A stretch of DNA of 64,000 bases from Gammaproteobacteria bacterium (GCA_965238175.1 CBDEGZ010000003.1:96001-160000), one strand, 5' to 3'. Numbered from the stretch's first letter, positions 20,883 to 30,320 are shown. The notes: generated by a model not told the origin, from the sequence alone. Made by a program: numbers and translations.

Positions 20883-21896
20883 ATGAAGACTACAACAATC
20901 GGGTTAGACATAGCAAAAAACGTATTTCATGCTGTCTGCTGTAATCAACAAGGGCGTATAATCAAAAAGAAAATGTTAAAGCGAGCGCAGGTACTCTCCT
21001 TTTTTCAATCTCAACCTCCTTGTTTAGTCGCAATAGAATCTTGTGCAACGTCACAGTATTGGGCCCGAGCGATACAACAACAGGGACATCAGGTGAAATT
21101 ACTACCACCTCAGCATGTTAACGCATTTCTAATCGGCAATAAGAATGATTATAACGATGCCTTGGCCATCGCCGTTGCTGCGAAACAACCTCATTTAAAA
21201 AGTGTGGGCATTAAATCAGTTGAGCAACAAGACAACCAGGCACAACATAAAGCAAGAGACTTAGCGGTCAGACAAAGAACCGCATTATGTAACCAAATGA
21301 GAGCGCTTGTTGCAGAATATGGCATTAGCCTTCGTCCCGGCCTAAATACCCTACGTCAATCTATCCCGTTGCTATTAAGTGATGAGAACGAACGGTTGTC
21401 CGTTACTTTCAAAAGGATACTGCGCCAGCTAAAGGAACAATGGCAATCACTTGATGCCTGTATTGCGACATTTGACCAATTGATCATTCAATCGGCAAAA
21501 AACAATGCGATTTGCCAACGCTTACAAACTATTCCAGGGTTTGGGCCGATGGTCTCGAGCGCGTATTTTAATGAAGTGGGAAACGGCGCTCATTATCACA
21601 AAGGGCGCGATGTGTCCGCCTCATTAGGACTTGTTCCACGACAGTACAGTAGTGGTGGTAAAGAGGTGCTACTGGGGATCAGTAAACGCGGCAATAAATA
21701 CCTTCGTTGTTTGTTAATTCTAGGCGCGAAGGCCGTGGTATCAAGAGCCAAAACGAAAGGCGATAAACTGAGTCAATGGATTAATCGTTTAGTTGAGACG
21801 CGGGGGCATAATCGAGCGTGTGTGGCGTATGCCAACAAAATGGCAAGAATGGCCTGGGCTATAACGGTTTCTGGTGATGACTACTCACCGGCCTAA
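20883..21896 (+). CDS. IS110-family DEDD recombinase/transposase
   Basis: IGLDIAK, IES, KNDYNDA (RuvC-like DEDD) and PRQYSSGG (catalytic Ser region); start at MKTTT after GAGGAG. Confidence 0.95.
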   Translation: MKTTTIGLDIAKNVFHAVCCNQQGRIIKKKMLKRAQVLSFFQSQPPCLVAIESCATSQYWARAIQQQGHQVKLLPPQHVNAFLIGNKNDYNDALAIAVAAKQPHLKSVGIKSVEQQDNQAQHKARDLAVRQRTALCNQMRALVAEYGISLRPGLNTLRQSIPLLLSDENERLSVTFKRILRQLKEQWQSLDACIATFDQLIIQSAKNNAICQRLQTIPGFGPMVSSAYFNEVGNGAHYHKGRDVSASLGLVPRQYSSGGKEVLLGISKRGNKYLRCLLILGAKAVVSRAKTKGDKLSQWINRLVETRGHNRACVAYANKMARMAWAITVSGDDYSPA

Positions 21897-22142
21897 ATAG
21901 AGAGAACAAATCATTTCAACGAATTGCGAAGGTAAAACTAAAGATGGCATAACAGGTCAAACCAGCCTATTGAAAACCTGTCGAGCTCAGGGGTAACTAA
22001 TACCGATAACCTGATAAGGAAAATAGGCGCGTAATACATCCAGGTCAGAAGTTGAAAACTTCATTGAAGGCCGTATATATGACAGCAATCCTGTCCCTGT
22101 TATCTGAATGTTTTATCTTGCAATACGGGAGGAGACCATATA
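21897..22142 (+). ncRNA. Predicted bridge/seekRNA of IS1111-type element, copy 1
   Basis: Outer stem ATAACAGG/CCTGTTAT; stem GCCTATT/AATAGGC enclosing target-matching CGAGCTCAGG and TAACCTGA; donor-matching ACATC and ATATATGA flank hairpin GAAGTT/AACTTC. RNA ends are not determined. Confidence 0.75.
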
Positions 22143-22152
22143 TGAGATCGGT

Positions 22153-23052
22153 TTAAGCCACGGTTGCTAATGCCCGTTTTAAGTAATTAAATTCATCGCC
22201 AGACAAGTTCAAAGACGGCTTATTCTCTTTCAGACAATAAGCGATCAATCCACCGATAAGATTAAGCATAAAACCATGTACAGAGCGGTGTCTGGAATGT
22301 TCTATCTGAGTAATGTTCTTCAACTGGTCATTAATGGTTTCAATAATAAAACGTCTGCTCAGCATGGCTCTGTCCCAGAGCGATGTAGCTTTTGCCTTCA
22401 TGTTTTTTCGAACATTTGTCACCAACTCCACGCCTTTATCAAACAATTCGCTCGATAAGGCTTGGCTGATATAGCCCTTATCCCCGTAAAGTTTGCCACT
22501 CATCGCCTTGCACAGCTCGGGAACAGGCTGACGGTCATCGATATTTCCCGGGGTGATTTTGGCTGCCAGGATATCCCCCTGATGATTGGTGATAAGGTGT
22601 AACTTGAAACCATAAAACCAACCCATTGTGCCTCGACCTCGCTGGGCGATGTCTTTGAAAACACGGTGGCGTGGAATACGGAGGTTGTGGCACACTTTTA
22701 AGGCGGTTGAATCAACAAACGCAACACCTGTGGGTTTCCCTTTAAGATAAGAAAAGTAGCTACATAAAGGAACGAGCACTGTCGGCATCACCTCCAGAAA
22801 CCGCGTGTAGCTTAGCATCTGTGGAAAATCCTCGGCATAGAATTGAGCGATAAACCCTTTGTAGTAGTTCTTGAAATCGCGATGGTTGGAGTGATGAAAC
22901 AGGATGATGATAGTCATGATTTCGCTGGCTTGCATTCGCCCAACTCGACGGCGTTTGCGTTGCCCATCGGTCAGTAATTGTTGTTCCCACAACGGTATGA
23001 AGTGCTGACAGAAGTCATCGACATCACAAAAGATTTCAACTAGTTTATCCAT
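22153..23052 (-). CDS. IS982-family DDE transposase
   Basis: EIFCDVDDF start, FVDST, GWFYGFKLH, GDKGYIS, RFIIETINDQLKN, IEHSRHRS. Confidence 0.93.
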   Translation of the reverse strand: MDKLVEIFCDVDDFCQHFIPLWEQQLLTDGQRKRRRVGRMQASEIMTIIILFHHSNHRDFKNYYKGFIAQFYAEDFPQMLSYTRFLEVMPTVLVPLCSYFSYLKGKPTGVAFVDSTALKVCHNLRIPRHRVFKDIAQRGRGTMGWFYGFKLHLITNHQGDILAAKITPGNIDDRQPVPELCKAMSGKLYGDKGYISQALSSELFDKGVELVTNVRKNMKAKATSLWDRAMLSRRFIIETINDQLKNITQIEHSRHRSVHGFMLNLIGGLIAYCLKENKPSLNLSGDEFNYLKRALATVA

Positions 23053-23143
23053 TGGCTTGTTCTCCTTTTTTTTCAATTGTTTGGTCACAATTGATCTGAT
23101 CGGGGGACAAGCCGTTAGTTCATTTCCTTAAGCCGAGTTGGGG

Positions 23144-23863
23144 TTAGTTACGATATTTTTCTTTGTCTTCCAGTCTTCTTTGGTGTCGCAGATTAACTCC
23201 GTGGATAAGATAGATCACATATTCGGCGATATTTCCTGCATGTGCTCCTAGCCTTTCAAGTGATTTCAACATTAACGTGATGTTGATCGAATGTCCGAGG
23301 TTTCTCGCATCTTCAAGTACAAAGGTTGTTAAATGCCTTAAAGATGATTGAAATTCAGCATCAAGCTCCTGATCAGCATTGAGTAAAGATTTTGCTAATT
23401 TTGAATCTAATTGATCAAAAGCAGTTAGTGCGGTTTCTAATAATTCCAATGACAATCTGCCCATTACAGAAATATCACGCAATTGGTTTTTTGCAGGCTT
23501 CGGTTGATTAGCATCTGAAAGTGACTCAATAATGTGTGCGATTCGAGCTGCTTCGTCACCAATTCTTTCAAGATCGACAACGATCCTGGAGAATGCCATC
23601 GTAATCCGCAGATCTTTGGAGACTGGACCACGTTTGTTAATGAGATCAATTATCTTATTATCAATAGCAACTTCCATGGAATCGACTTCCGGCTCTCTTT
23701 CCAAAACCAGTTTGGCCGCTTTTTCATCCTGTTCGAGCAATGCTTGAAGCGCGAGTCGACTTTGATCTAAAGCCAAGCCGCCCATTTCAAGTATTTGTAA
23801 GTGCAGATTATTCAAGTCACCATCAAAGCGCTGATCGGCATGTCCTTCTAGTGGTTGATTCAT
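23144..23863 (-). CDS. phoU: PhoU (copy 2)
   Basis: MGGLALDQ, DLERIGDEA, LERLGAHAGNIAE; last gene of pst2 operon. Confidence 0.9.
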   Translation of the reverse strand: MNQPLEGHADQRFDGDLNNLHLQILEMGGLALDQSRLALQALLEQDEKAAKLVLEREPEVDSMEVAIDNKIIDLINKRGPVSKDLRITMAFSRIVVDLERIGDEAARIAHIIESLSDANQPKPAKNQLRDISVMGRLSLELLETALTAFDQLDSKLAKSLLNADQELDAEFQSSLRHLTTFVLEDARNLGHSINITLMLKSLERLGAHAGNIAEYVIYLIHGVNLRHQRRLEDKEKYRN

Positions 23864-23881
23864 CGTATTTCTCCGTCACAG

Positions 23882-24775
23882 TTAGCCGAATCGGCCGGTA
23901 ATATAATCTTCCGTCAGTTGATGTATTGGTGCATTGAAAATTTGATTAGTTTCACCTACCTCAATCAGGTCACCCAAATGGAAGTAAGCGGTTCGATCCG
24001 AAACTCGCGCAGCTTGTTGCATAGAGTGTGTGACAATACAGATTGAGTAATTTTGGCGTAATTCAAGCATCAGCTCTTCAATAGCTGCAGTTGAAATTGG
24101 ATCTAAGGCTGAACAAGGCTCGTCCATTAAAATTACTTCTGGCTCAACAGAGATAGTCCGTGCAATGCACAGGCGCTGCTGTTGGCCGCCGGACAATCCG
24201 GTGCCAGGTTGATCCAGTCGATCTTTAACCTCTTCCCAAAGACCCGCTTTTTTTAAACTCGTTTCGACTATTTCATCAAGATCATCTTTGTGGCTGGCAA
24301 GACCGTGGATTTTTGGACCAAAAGTGATGTTCTCGCGGATTGATTTGGGAAATGGATTTGGTTTTTGAAAGACCATGCCCACCGTTGCACGTAAAGGAAC
24401 AACATCAATCTCATCACCATTAATATCTAGTCCGTCCATTTCTATCTTGCCGGTAACTCGACAGATATTAATGGTGTCATTCATTCGATTAAGACAGCGG
24501 AGGAAGGTTGATTTACCACAACCAGAAGGTCCAATCATCGCAAGAATCTCGGATTTTCCTACATCGAGATTCAGGTTTTTGATCGCCTGTTTTTCCCCGT
24601 AATAGACATTGATATCTGTACATATCATTCGTGGATCGTATACACGAATCTCACCGACAGTACGTCGGTCTTCTCGGCTTATTTTTGGTTGATTAGAATT
24701 GATCTCGACTGAAGTTCTAACGTGTTGCTCAATCACATCACTTGTTTGTTCATTTGTTAATGTTCCTAATTTCAT
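23882..24775 (-). CDS. pstB: PstB (copy 2)
   Basis: [34 protein letters not shown]; start after GAGGA RBS. Confidence 0.94.
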   Translation of the reverse strand: MKLGTLTNEQTSDVIEQHVRTSVEINSNQPKISREDRRTVGEIRVYDPRMICTDINVYYGEKQAIKNLNLDVGKSEILAMIGPSGCGKSTFLRCLNRMNDTINICRVTGKIEMDGLDINGDEIDVVPLRATVGMVFQKPNPFPKSIRENITFGPKIHGLASHKDDLDEIVETSLKKAGLWEEVKDRLDQPGTGLSGGQQQRLCIARTISVEPEVILMDEPCSALDPISTAAIEELMLELRQNYSICIVTHSMQQAARVSDRTAYFHLGDLIEVGETNQIFNAPIHQLTEDYITGRFG

Positions 24776-24803
24776 AACGGTATTCCTCAATAAATTATTT
24801 TGT

Positions 24804-26126
24804 CTACCAGCGACGTTCAAATTTTCTTCTTAGAAGTACGGCCAAAGCATTCATTAAGATCAGAAATCCTAATAAAACCATAATCGCGGCGGATGTTTTT
24901 TCAGTAAAAGCGCGTTCTGGACTGTCAGCCCATAGATAAATTTGAACTGGCAAAACGGTTGATGGATCAAAAGCGCCGCCTGGAATATCAACAATAAACG
25001 CAACCATACCGATCATCAAAAGTGGTGCAGATTCTCCTAAAGCTTGCGCCATACCAATGATAGTGCCTGTCAACATGCCCGGCATTGCTAATGGTAAAAC
25101 ATGATAGAAAATGGCTTGCAAAGGCGAGGCACCAACACCCAAAGCTGCTTCTTTGATTGAAGGTGGAACTGATTTCAGTGCTGCACGGCTGGAAATAATA
25201 ATGGTGGGTAGTGTCATTAATGTCAGTACTAATCCACCAACAAAAGGAGCCGATCTTGGAAGACCGAAGAAATTGATAAATACAGCCAGCCCTAACAAAC
25301 CGAAAACAATAGAAGGCACCGCTGCCAGGTTGTTTATGTTGACCTCTATAATGTCGGTTAGTCGGTTTTTGGCTGCAAACTCTTCTAAATAAATCGCCGC
25401 TGCAACGCCAATCGGAAACGACAAAAGCAATGTCACTAACAAGGTATAAATAGAGCCAACAATAGCTCCTCGAATACCTGCAAGTTCCGGATTGCGTGAA
25501 TCTCCATTAGTAAAAAAGATCGTATTAAAACGCTTTTCTATTCGATCTTGTTCTACCAATTTATCGACCCAGCCAATCTGATTGTCTTTGACGCGCCGAT
25601 CATCTTCGGGTAATAAGCGATCAATATGCCCTTTAATCAACATATCGATCTCATCATCAGCAGGTACCCAGAGATCAAATTTCTGATCAATTAAACCAGA
25701 ATCATTTTTGATCATTCTCTCAAGTTGAAAGGCAGCGTCTTGACTAACCAGACCATTCAATTTCCGTTTGTCACGGCGCCCATTAACATTAGGAAACATT
25801 TTACGCAAACTGGATTTTACAATACCTGCGTAGTTTGCTGAGGCGATTGCTTCTGCTGTTCGATTAGAGTTGGCCAATTCAGACTCCGTAAGATCAATTT
25901 CAATGCTGATGTAAGTCTGCTGAAAAGCACCATAGCCTTTACTAATAATACTGGTGAAAAGTAACACCAGAAAAAGTACACCTAAGAAAATTGCAGACTT
26001 CCCGAGAAACTGGAATCGTTTTTCAGCACGTTTTCGTTTCTTCATACCAGCATTCACCACCTCCATGGGGGTTTTTCTTGTGGGTACGTCGTTATCTTCT
26101 ATCGAAGAATTAATTTGATTATTCAT
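24804..26126 (-). CDS. pstA: PstA (copy 2, DUF3333-type N-terminus)
   Basis: [35 protein letters not shown]. Confidence 0.93.
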   Translation of the reverse strand: MNNQINSSIEDNDVPTRKTPMEVVNAGMKKRKRAEKRFQFLGKSAIFLGVLFLVLLFTSIISKGYGAFQQTYISIEIDLTESELANSNRTAEAIASANYAGIVKSSLRKMFPNVNGRRDKRKLNGLVSQDAAFQLERMIKNDSGLIDQKFDLWVPADDEIDMLIKGHIDRLLPEDDRRVKDNQIGWVDKLVEQDRIEKRFNTIFFTNGDSRNPELAGIRGAIVGSIYTLLVTLLLSFPIGVAAAIYLEEFAAKNRLTDIIEVNINNLAAVPSIVFGLLGLAVFINFFGLPRSAPFVGGLVLTLMTLPTIIISSRAALKSVPPSIKEAALGVGASPLQAIFYHVLPLAMPGMLTGTIIGMAQALGESAPLLMIGMVAFIVDIPGGAFDPSTVLPVQIYLWADSPERAFTEKTSAAIMVLLGFLILMNALAVLLRRKFERRW

Positions 26127-27489
26127 ATTGTTCCCGGTATTTACGCACGATGTGTAGTGCTATAACGTTGAGAATGAGTGTGATCACAAAAAGTGCTAAA
26201 CCCAATGCGAATGCCGCGAGAGTCTTAGCGCTATCGAATTCTTGATCACCCGTTAATAAGGTCACGATTTGAACGGTTACCGTTGTAACAGCGTCGAGTG
26301 GATTAGCCGTCAGGTTTGCAGCAAGCCCGGCTGCCATAACCACGATCATCGTTTCACCAATGGCTCGTGATACAGCAAGTAAAATGCCCCCAACAATTCC
26401 TGGCAATGCGGCTGGGAAAATGACCTTGCGAATGGTTTCAGACTTAGTAGCACCTAATCCATACGCACCATCTCGCATGGCTTGAGGAACTGCGTTTATC
26501 ACATCATCTGATAAGGATGAAACTAATGGGATAATCATAATACCCATCACTAAACCTGCAGCTAATGCACTTTCTGAGGCGACATCAAAACCTATATTTG
26601 TACCCAAGTTCCGAATGAAAGGTGCTACGACCAGTGCTGCAAAAAAACCATATACAACAGTTGGTATGCCTGCCAGAATTTCAAGCAATGGTTTTGTAAT
26701 TGTTCGAACTCTTTCTGATGCATATTCGGAAAGATAAATCGCAGACATTAAGCCAATAGGAACGGCAACGAACATTGCAATGAACGAGATCAAAAGCGTG
26801 CCGGTAAAAAGAGGTATCGCGCCGAAGCTACCACTTGAACCAACCTGATCTTCACGTATTGCCGTTTGAGGACTCCACTCTAGACCAAAGAGAAAGTCAC
26901 TGGCAGGGATCATGTTAAAAAAACGTAAAGACTCAAATAAAACCGAAAGTACGATTCCTAACGTAGTTAAAATGGCAATGCTGGAACAAAGGATCAAAAA
27001 TGCTTTTACTAACCATTCGACAACATTCCTTGCTCGAAATTGCGGGTGTATTTTTCTTAGTGCAACAAGACTTAACACTATTGCACCAGAAAGTGCTAGT
27101 ACGGTAAGAATAACGTGACTGGTACTTTGTAGACTCTTATAACGGTCTGCAGCTACCTGTAAGCTTGTATTAACCTCACCGGAAGTGACATTTCCCGCCA
27201 CAAGATTTTTAATATCGTTCACAACAAGGTTAAGATTTTCTGAATTGGCCGTTGGTAATTCTGAAACAACAATATTGGTGATAATGCCAGGCTCAAATAT
27301 CATCCATCCCGCAGCTAGTAAGAGTGCCGGCAAACCGCACCACACTGCGGTGAAAAAACCGTAGTAATTGGGTAAAGAGTGTAAATTGCGAACCTTTCCT
27401 TGCACCACGCTTAGGGCACGACTACGACCTAGAAAAAAGGCACAGGAACTCAGTAGTAATAGAATGATCGCAAGAATTGAAACTTGCAT
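26119..27489 (-). CDS. pstC: PstC (copy 2, DUF3708-type N-terminus)
   Basis: LHSLPNYYG, EILAGIPTVVYG, SRAIGETMIV. Confidence 0.93.
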   Translation of the reverse strand: MQVSILAIILLLLSSCAFFLGRSRALSVVQGKVRNLHSLPNYYGFFTAVWCGLPALLLAAGWMIFEPGIITNIVVSELPTANSENLNLVVNDIKNLVAGNVTSGEVNTSLQVAADRYKSLQSTSHVILTVLALSGAIVLSLVALRKIHPQFRARNVVEWLVKAFLILCSSIAILTTLGIVLSVLFESLRFFNMIPASDFLFGLEWSPQTAIREDQVGSSGSFGAIPLFTGTLLISFIAMFVAVPIGLMSAIYLSEYASERVRTITKPLLEILAGIPTVVYGFFAALVVAPFIRNLGTNIGFDVASESALAAGLVMGIMIIPLVSSLSDDVINAVPQAMRDGAYGLGATKSETIRKVIFPAALPGIVGGILLAVSRAIGETMIVVMAAGLAANLTANPLDAVTTVTVQIVTLLTGDQEFDSAKTLAAFALGLALFVITLILNVIALHIVRKYREQYE

Positions 27490-27770
27490 TTGTGTCTCCT
27501 CCCGAATGGGAATTTGCAGCTTTTAATTTCGTTCATAAGCTACTTAAAATTATGTTGTTTTACTTAACCTGAACTCGGGATAAGAAATATCCATCCAGCC
27601 GATTTCTTTTAGCGCCTCTGTGCGTTGGAGTTGTTTCCAATAGCCCGCTATTGCTACGCAACTCCGCCTTAATAGCCACTAAAAGAAGTCCACTGGACAA
27701 AGCAGTCACAGCGATTTCATCTAACTCATTGTCTTTTAATGTTTTTATGGCCATTCTTATCCCGAGTTCA

Positions 27771-28016
27771 TATATGGTCTCCTCCCGTATTGCAAGATAA
27801 AACATTCAGATAACAGGGACAGGATTGCTGTCATATATACGGCCTTCAATGAAGTTTTCAACTTCTGACCTGGATGTATTACGCGCCTATTTTCCTTATC
27901 AGGTTATCGGTATTAGTTACCCCTGAGCTCGACAGGTTTTCAATAGGCTGGTTTGACCTGTTATGCCATCTTTAGTTTTACCTTCGCAATTCGTTGAAAT
28001 GATTTGTTCTCTCTAT
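27771..28016 (-). ncRNA. Predicted bridge/seekRNA, copy 2
   Basis: Reverse complement of 21897-22142. Confidence 0.75.
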
Positions 28017-29030
28017 TTAGGCCGGTGAGTAGTCATCACCAGAAACCGTTATAGCCCAGGCCATTCTTGCCATTTTGTTGGCATACGCCACACACGCTCG
28101 ATTATGCCCCCGCGTCTCAACTAAACGATTAATCCATTGACTCAGTTTATCGCCTTTCGTTTTGGCTCTTGATACCACGGCCTTCGCGCCTAGAATTAAC
28201 AAACAACGAAGGTATTTATTGCCGCGTTTACTGATCCCCAGTAGCACCTCTTTACCACCACTACTGTACTGTCGTGGAACAAGTCCTAATGAGGCGGACA
28301 CATCGCGCCCTTTGTGATAATGAGCGCCGTTTCCCACTTCATTAAAATACGCGCTCGAGACCATCGGCCCAAACCCTGGAATAGTTTGTAAGCGTTGGCA
28401 AATCGCATTGTTTTTTGCCGATTGAATGATCAATTGGTCAAATGTCGCAATACAGGCATCAAGTGATTGCCATTGTTCCTTTAGCTGGCGCAGTATCCTT
28501 TTGAAAGTAACGGACAACCGTTCGTTCTCATCACTTAATAGCAACGGGATAGATTGACGTAGGGTATTTAGGCCGGGACGAAGGCTAATGCCATATTCTG
28601 CAACAAGCGCTCTCATTTGGTTACATAATGCGGTTCTTTGTCTGACCGCTAAGTCTCTTGCTTTATGTTGTGCCTGGTTGTCTTGTTGCTCAACTGATTT
28701 AATGCCCACACTTTTTAAATGAGGTTGTTTCGCAGCAACGGCGATGGCCAAGGCATCGTTATAATCATTCTTATTGCCGATTAGAAATGCGTTAACATGC
28801 TGAGGTGGTAGTAATTTCACCTGATGTCCCTGTTGTTGTATCGCTCGGGCCCAATACTGTGACGTTGCACAAGATTCTATTGCGACTAAACAAGGAGGTT
28901 GAGATTGAAAAAAGGAGAGTACCTGCGCTCGCTTTAACATTTTCTTTTTGATTATACGCCCTTGTTGATTACAGCAGACAGCATGAAATACGTTTTTTGC
29001 TATGTCTAACCCGATTGTTGTAGTCTTCAT
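28017..29030 (-). CDS. IS110-family DEDD recombinase/transposase
   Basis: Translation identical to 20883..21896. Confidence 0.95.
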   Translation of the reverse strand: MKTTTIGLDIAKNVFHAVCCNQQGRIIKKKMLKRAQVLSFFQSQPPCLVAIESCATSQYWARAIQQQGHQVKLLPPQHVNAFLIGNKNDYNDALAIAVAAKQPHLKSVGIKSVEQQDNQAQHKARDLAVRQRTALCNQMRALVAEYGISLRPGLNTLRQSIPLLLSDENERLSVTFKRILRQLKEQWQSLDACIATFDQLIIQSAKNNAICQRLQTIPGFGPMVSSAYFNEVGNGAHYHKGRDVSASLGLVPRQYSSGGKEVLLGISKRGNKYLRCLLILGAKAVVSRAKTKGDKLSQWINRLVETRGHNRACVAYANKMARMAWAITVSGDDYSPA

Positions 29031-29127
29031 TTTGGTCTTCTCCTCTTTTGATTGTGTGTATGTCAGTTCAATCATGGCACCTAGATGCCGTTAGGGGGAG
29101 GAGACCATCACATCAGGTTACTTAGAG

Positions 29128-29160
29128 AAAAAAGGGGGGAAATAAAATTCTTTCACCCCC
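29128..29160 (-). terminator. Terminator-like hairpin after pstS2
   Basis: Minus strand GGGGGTGAAA...TTTCCCCCC followed by T6. Confidence 0.6.
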
Positions 29161-29225
29161 AAGACCGTTTCTCAATAAGAGGGAGTTATCTCCCTTCTTC
29201 AAACATCCTTGTTTTCTATTTCTAC

Positions 29226-30320
29226 TTAAAGAGATAAGGGTTTTAGCTCTTTTGCATCAGATGTGAACTGTGCACGCTCTGTTTGCGGCATGGGGATAAG
29301 GCCACGATCAGAAAGATATCCATCGTCGCCATAAGCCTTATCGCTTGTGAACTCAGAGAGATACTCATCCATACCTGGAATTACGCCAACATGTGCTTTT
29401 TTTACATAGAAGAAAAGAGGACGTGAAATTGGATAAGTGCCGTCAGAAATAGTTTCGAACTTAGGTTCAATGCCGTTGACGACTGAGCCACGAACTTTGT
29501 CGAGATTTTCATCAAGGAAACTAAATCCAAAGACACCTAATGCTTTTGGATTTGAATCCAATTTTTGCACGATCAGGTTATCGTTCTCGCCGGCTTCTAC
29601 ATATGCACCATCTTCACGAATTGTATGGCAAATACTTTTGTATTTAGATTTCAATTTTTTAGCAAGTACCCTGTCGCCGCCTTTTTTCGCAGCTTTTGAA
29701 GCCTTTTTGATCTGTTTTATCCAGTCAAACGTTTTACAACCACCTTCCATTGCTAGTTCAGCAAAGGCATCACGAGTGCCTGATGTAGGTGGAGGACCTA
29801 ACACTTCGATATCAATTGCTGGCAATTTCGAATTTACTTCATTCCATTTCTTATAAGGATTTACAACTAATTTTTCACCACCTGCAGGTTCAGGAATTTC
29901 TTTTGCCAGAGCCAGGAAAATATCACGAGTGGTTAGTTCCATTGGAACGCCTTTCTTTGAATTAGCAACTGCGATTCCGTCATAACCAATCTTAACTTCG
30001 ATAATGTCTTTTACACCGTTTTTTTGACACATATCGAATTCAGATTTTTTAATCCTGCGTGATGCATTTGTGATATCAGGATGTTCAACACCAACACCAG
30101 CACAAAATAATTTCAAACCACCACCAGAACCTGTTGATTCAACTTTTGGTGTTTTGAAATTGGTGCTTTTTCCAAATTGTTCAGCAACAACTGTTGCAAA
30201 AGGGTAGACCGTTGAAGAGCCAACGATACTAATATAATCACGAGCAGCGATAGCATAGGCTGCACCTGCAACAACGGCTGTTGCCAGTACACTGCTTAGT
30301 AAAACACTTTTTTTAAACAT
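29226..30320 (-). CDS. pstS: PstS (copy 2)
   Basis: RDYISIVGSSTVYPF, ESTGSGGG, GPPPTSGTRDAF, EAGENDNLIV, YPISRPLFFY; start at MFKKS after GAGGAG. Confidence 0.94.
   Translation of the reverse strand: MFKKSVLLSSVLATAVVAGAAYAIAARDYISIVGSSTVYPFATVVAEQFGKSTNFKTPKVESTGSGGGLKLFCAGVGVEHPDITNASRRIKKSEFDMCQKNGVKDIIEVKIGYDGIAVANSKKGVPMELTTRDIFLALAKEIPEPAGGEKLVVNPYKKWNEVNSKLPAIDIEVLGPPPTSGTRDAFAELAMEGGCKTFDWIKQIKKASKAAKKGGDRVLAKKLKSKYKSICHTIREDGAYVEAGENDNLIVQKLDSNPKALGVFGFSFLDENLDKVRGSVVNGIEPKFETISDGTYPISRPLFFYVKKAHVGVIPGMDEYLSEFTSDKAYGDDGYLSDRGLIPMPQTERAQFTSDAKELKPLSL

Larger units (their letters stand above)
20798..22145 (+). mobile_element. IS110-family, IS1111-type element, copy 1
   Basis: Ends match the inverted copy at 27768-29115; 13-bp sub-terminal IRs ATGGTCTCCTCCC (20805) and GGGAGGAGACCAT (22127); TGA at both junctions; long 3' non-coding end. 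Confidence 0.92.
20795..23144 (-). mobile_element. IS982-family element whose right terminal IR is interrupted by a nested IS1111-type element
   Basis: Ends ACCTGA|GATCGGTTTAAG (rejoined after removing the nested IS) and, on the minus strand, ACCCCAACTCGGCTTAAG; 6-bp direct repeat TAGTTA at 20789-20794 and 23145-23150. Confidence 0.88.
27768..29115 (-). mobile_element. IS110-family, IS1111-type element, copy 2
   Basis: Same length and ends as copy 1, identical protein, inverted orientation. Confidence 0.92.
27567..29118. mobile_element. 207-bp IS982-type MITE with a nested IS1111-type element in one TIR
   Basis: Perfect 20-bp TIR ACCTGAACTCGGGATAAGAA (27567) / TTCTTATCCCGAGTTCA|GGT (27754-27770 + 29116-29118); 6-bp direct repeat TACTTA at 27561-27566 and 29119-29124; internal long hairpin; no transposase. 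Confidence 0.88.

Noticed and set aside
27560-27805. 81-aa ORF
   Set aside because: Runs across the IS end and the MITE; chance frame
20793-29120. Composite transposon or invertible segment formed by the two inverted IS110 copies around pstCAB-phoU2
   Set aside because: Each copy sits in its own IS982-type host with its own matching TSD; pstS2 lies outside; pst2 gene order and orientation are undisturbed
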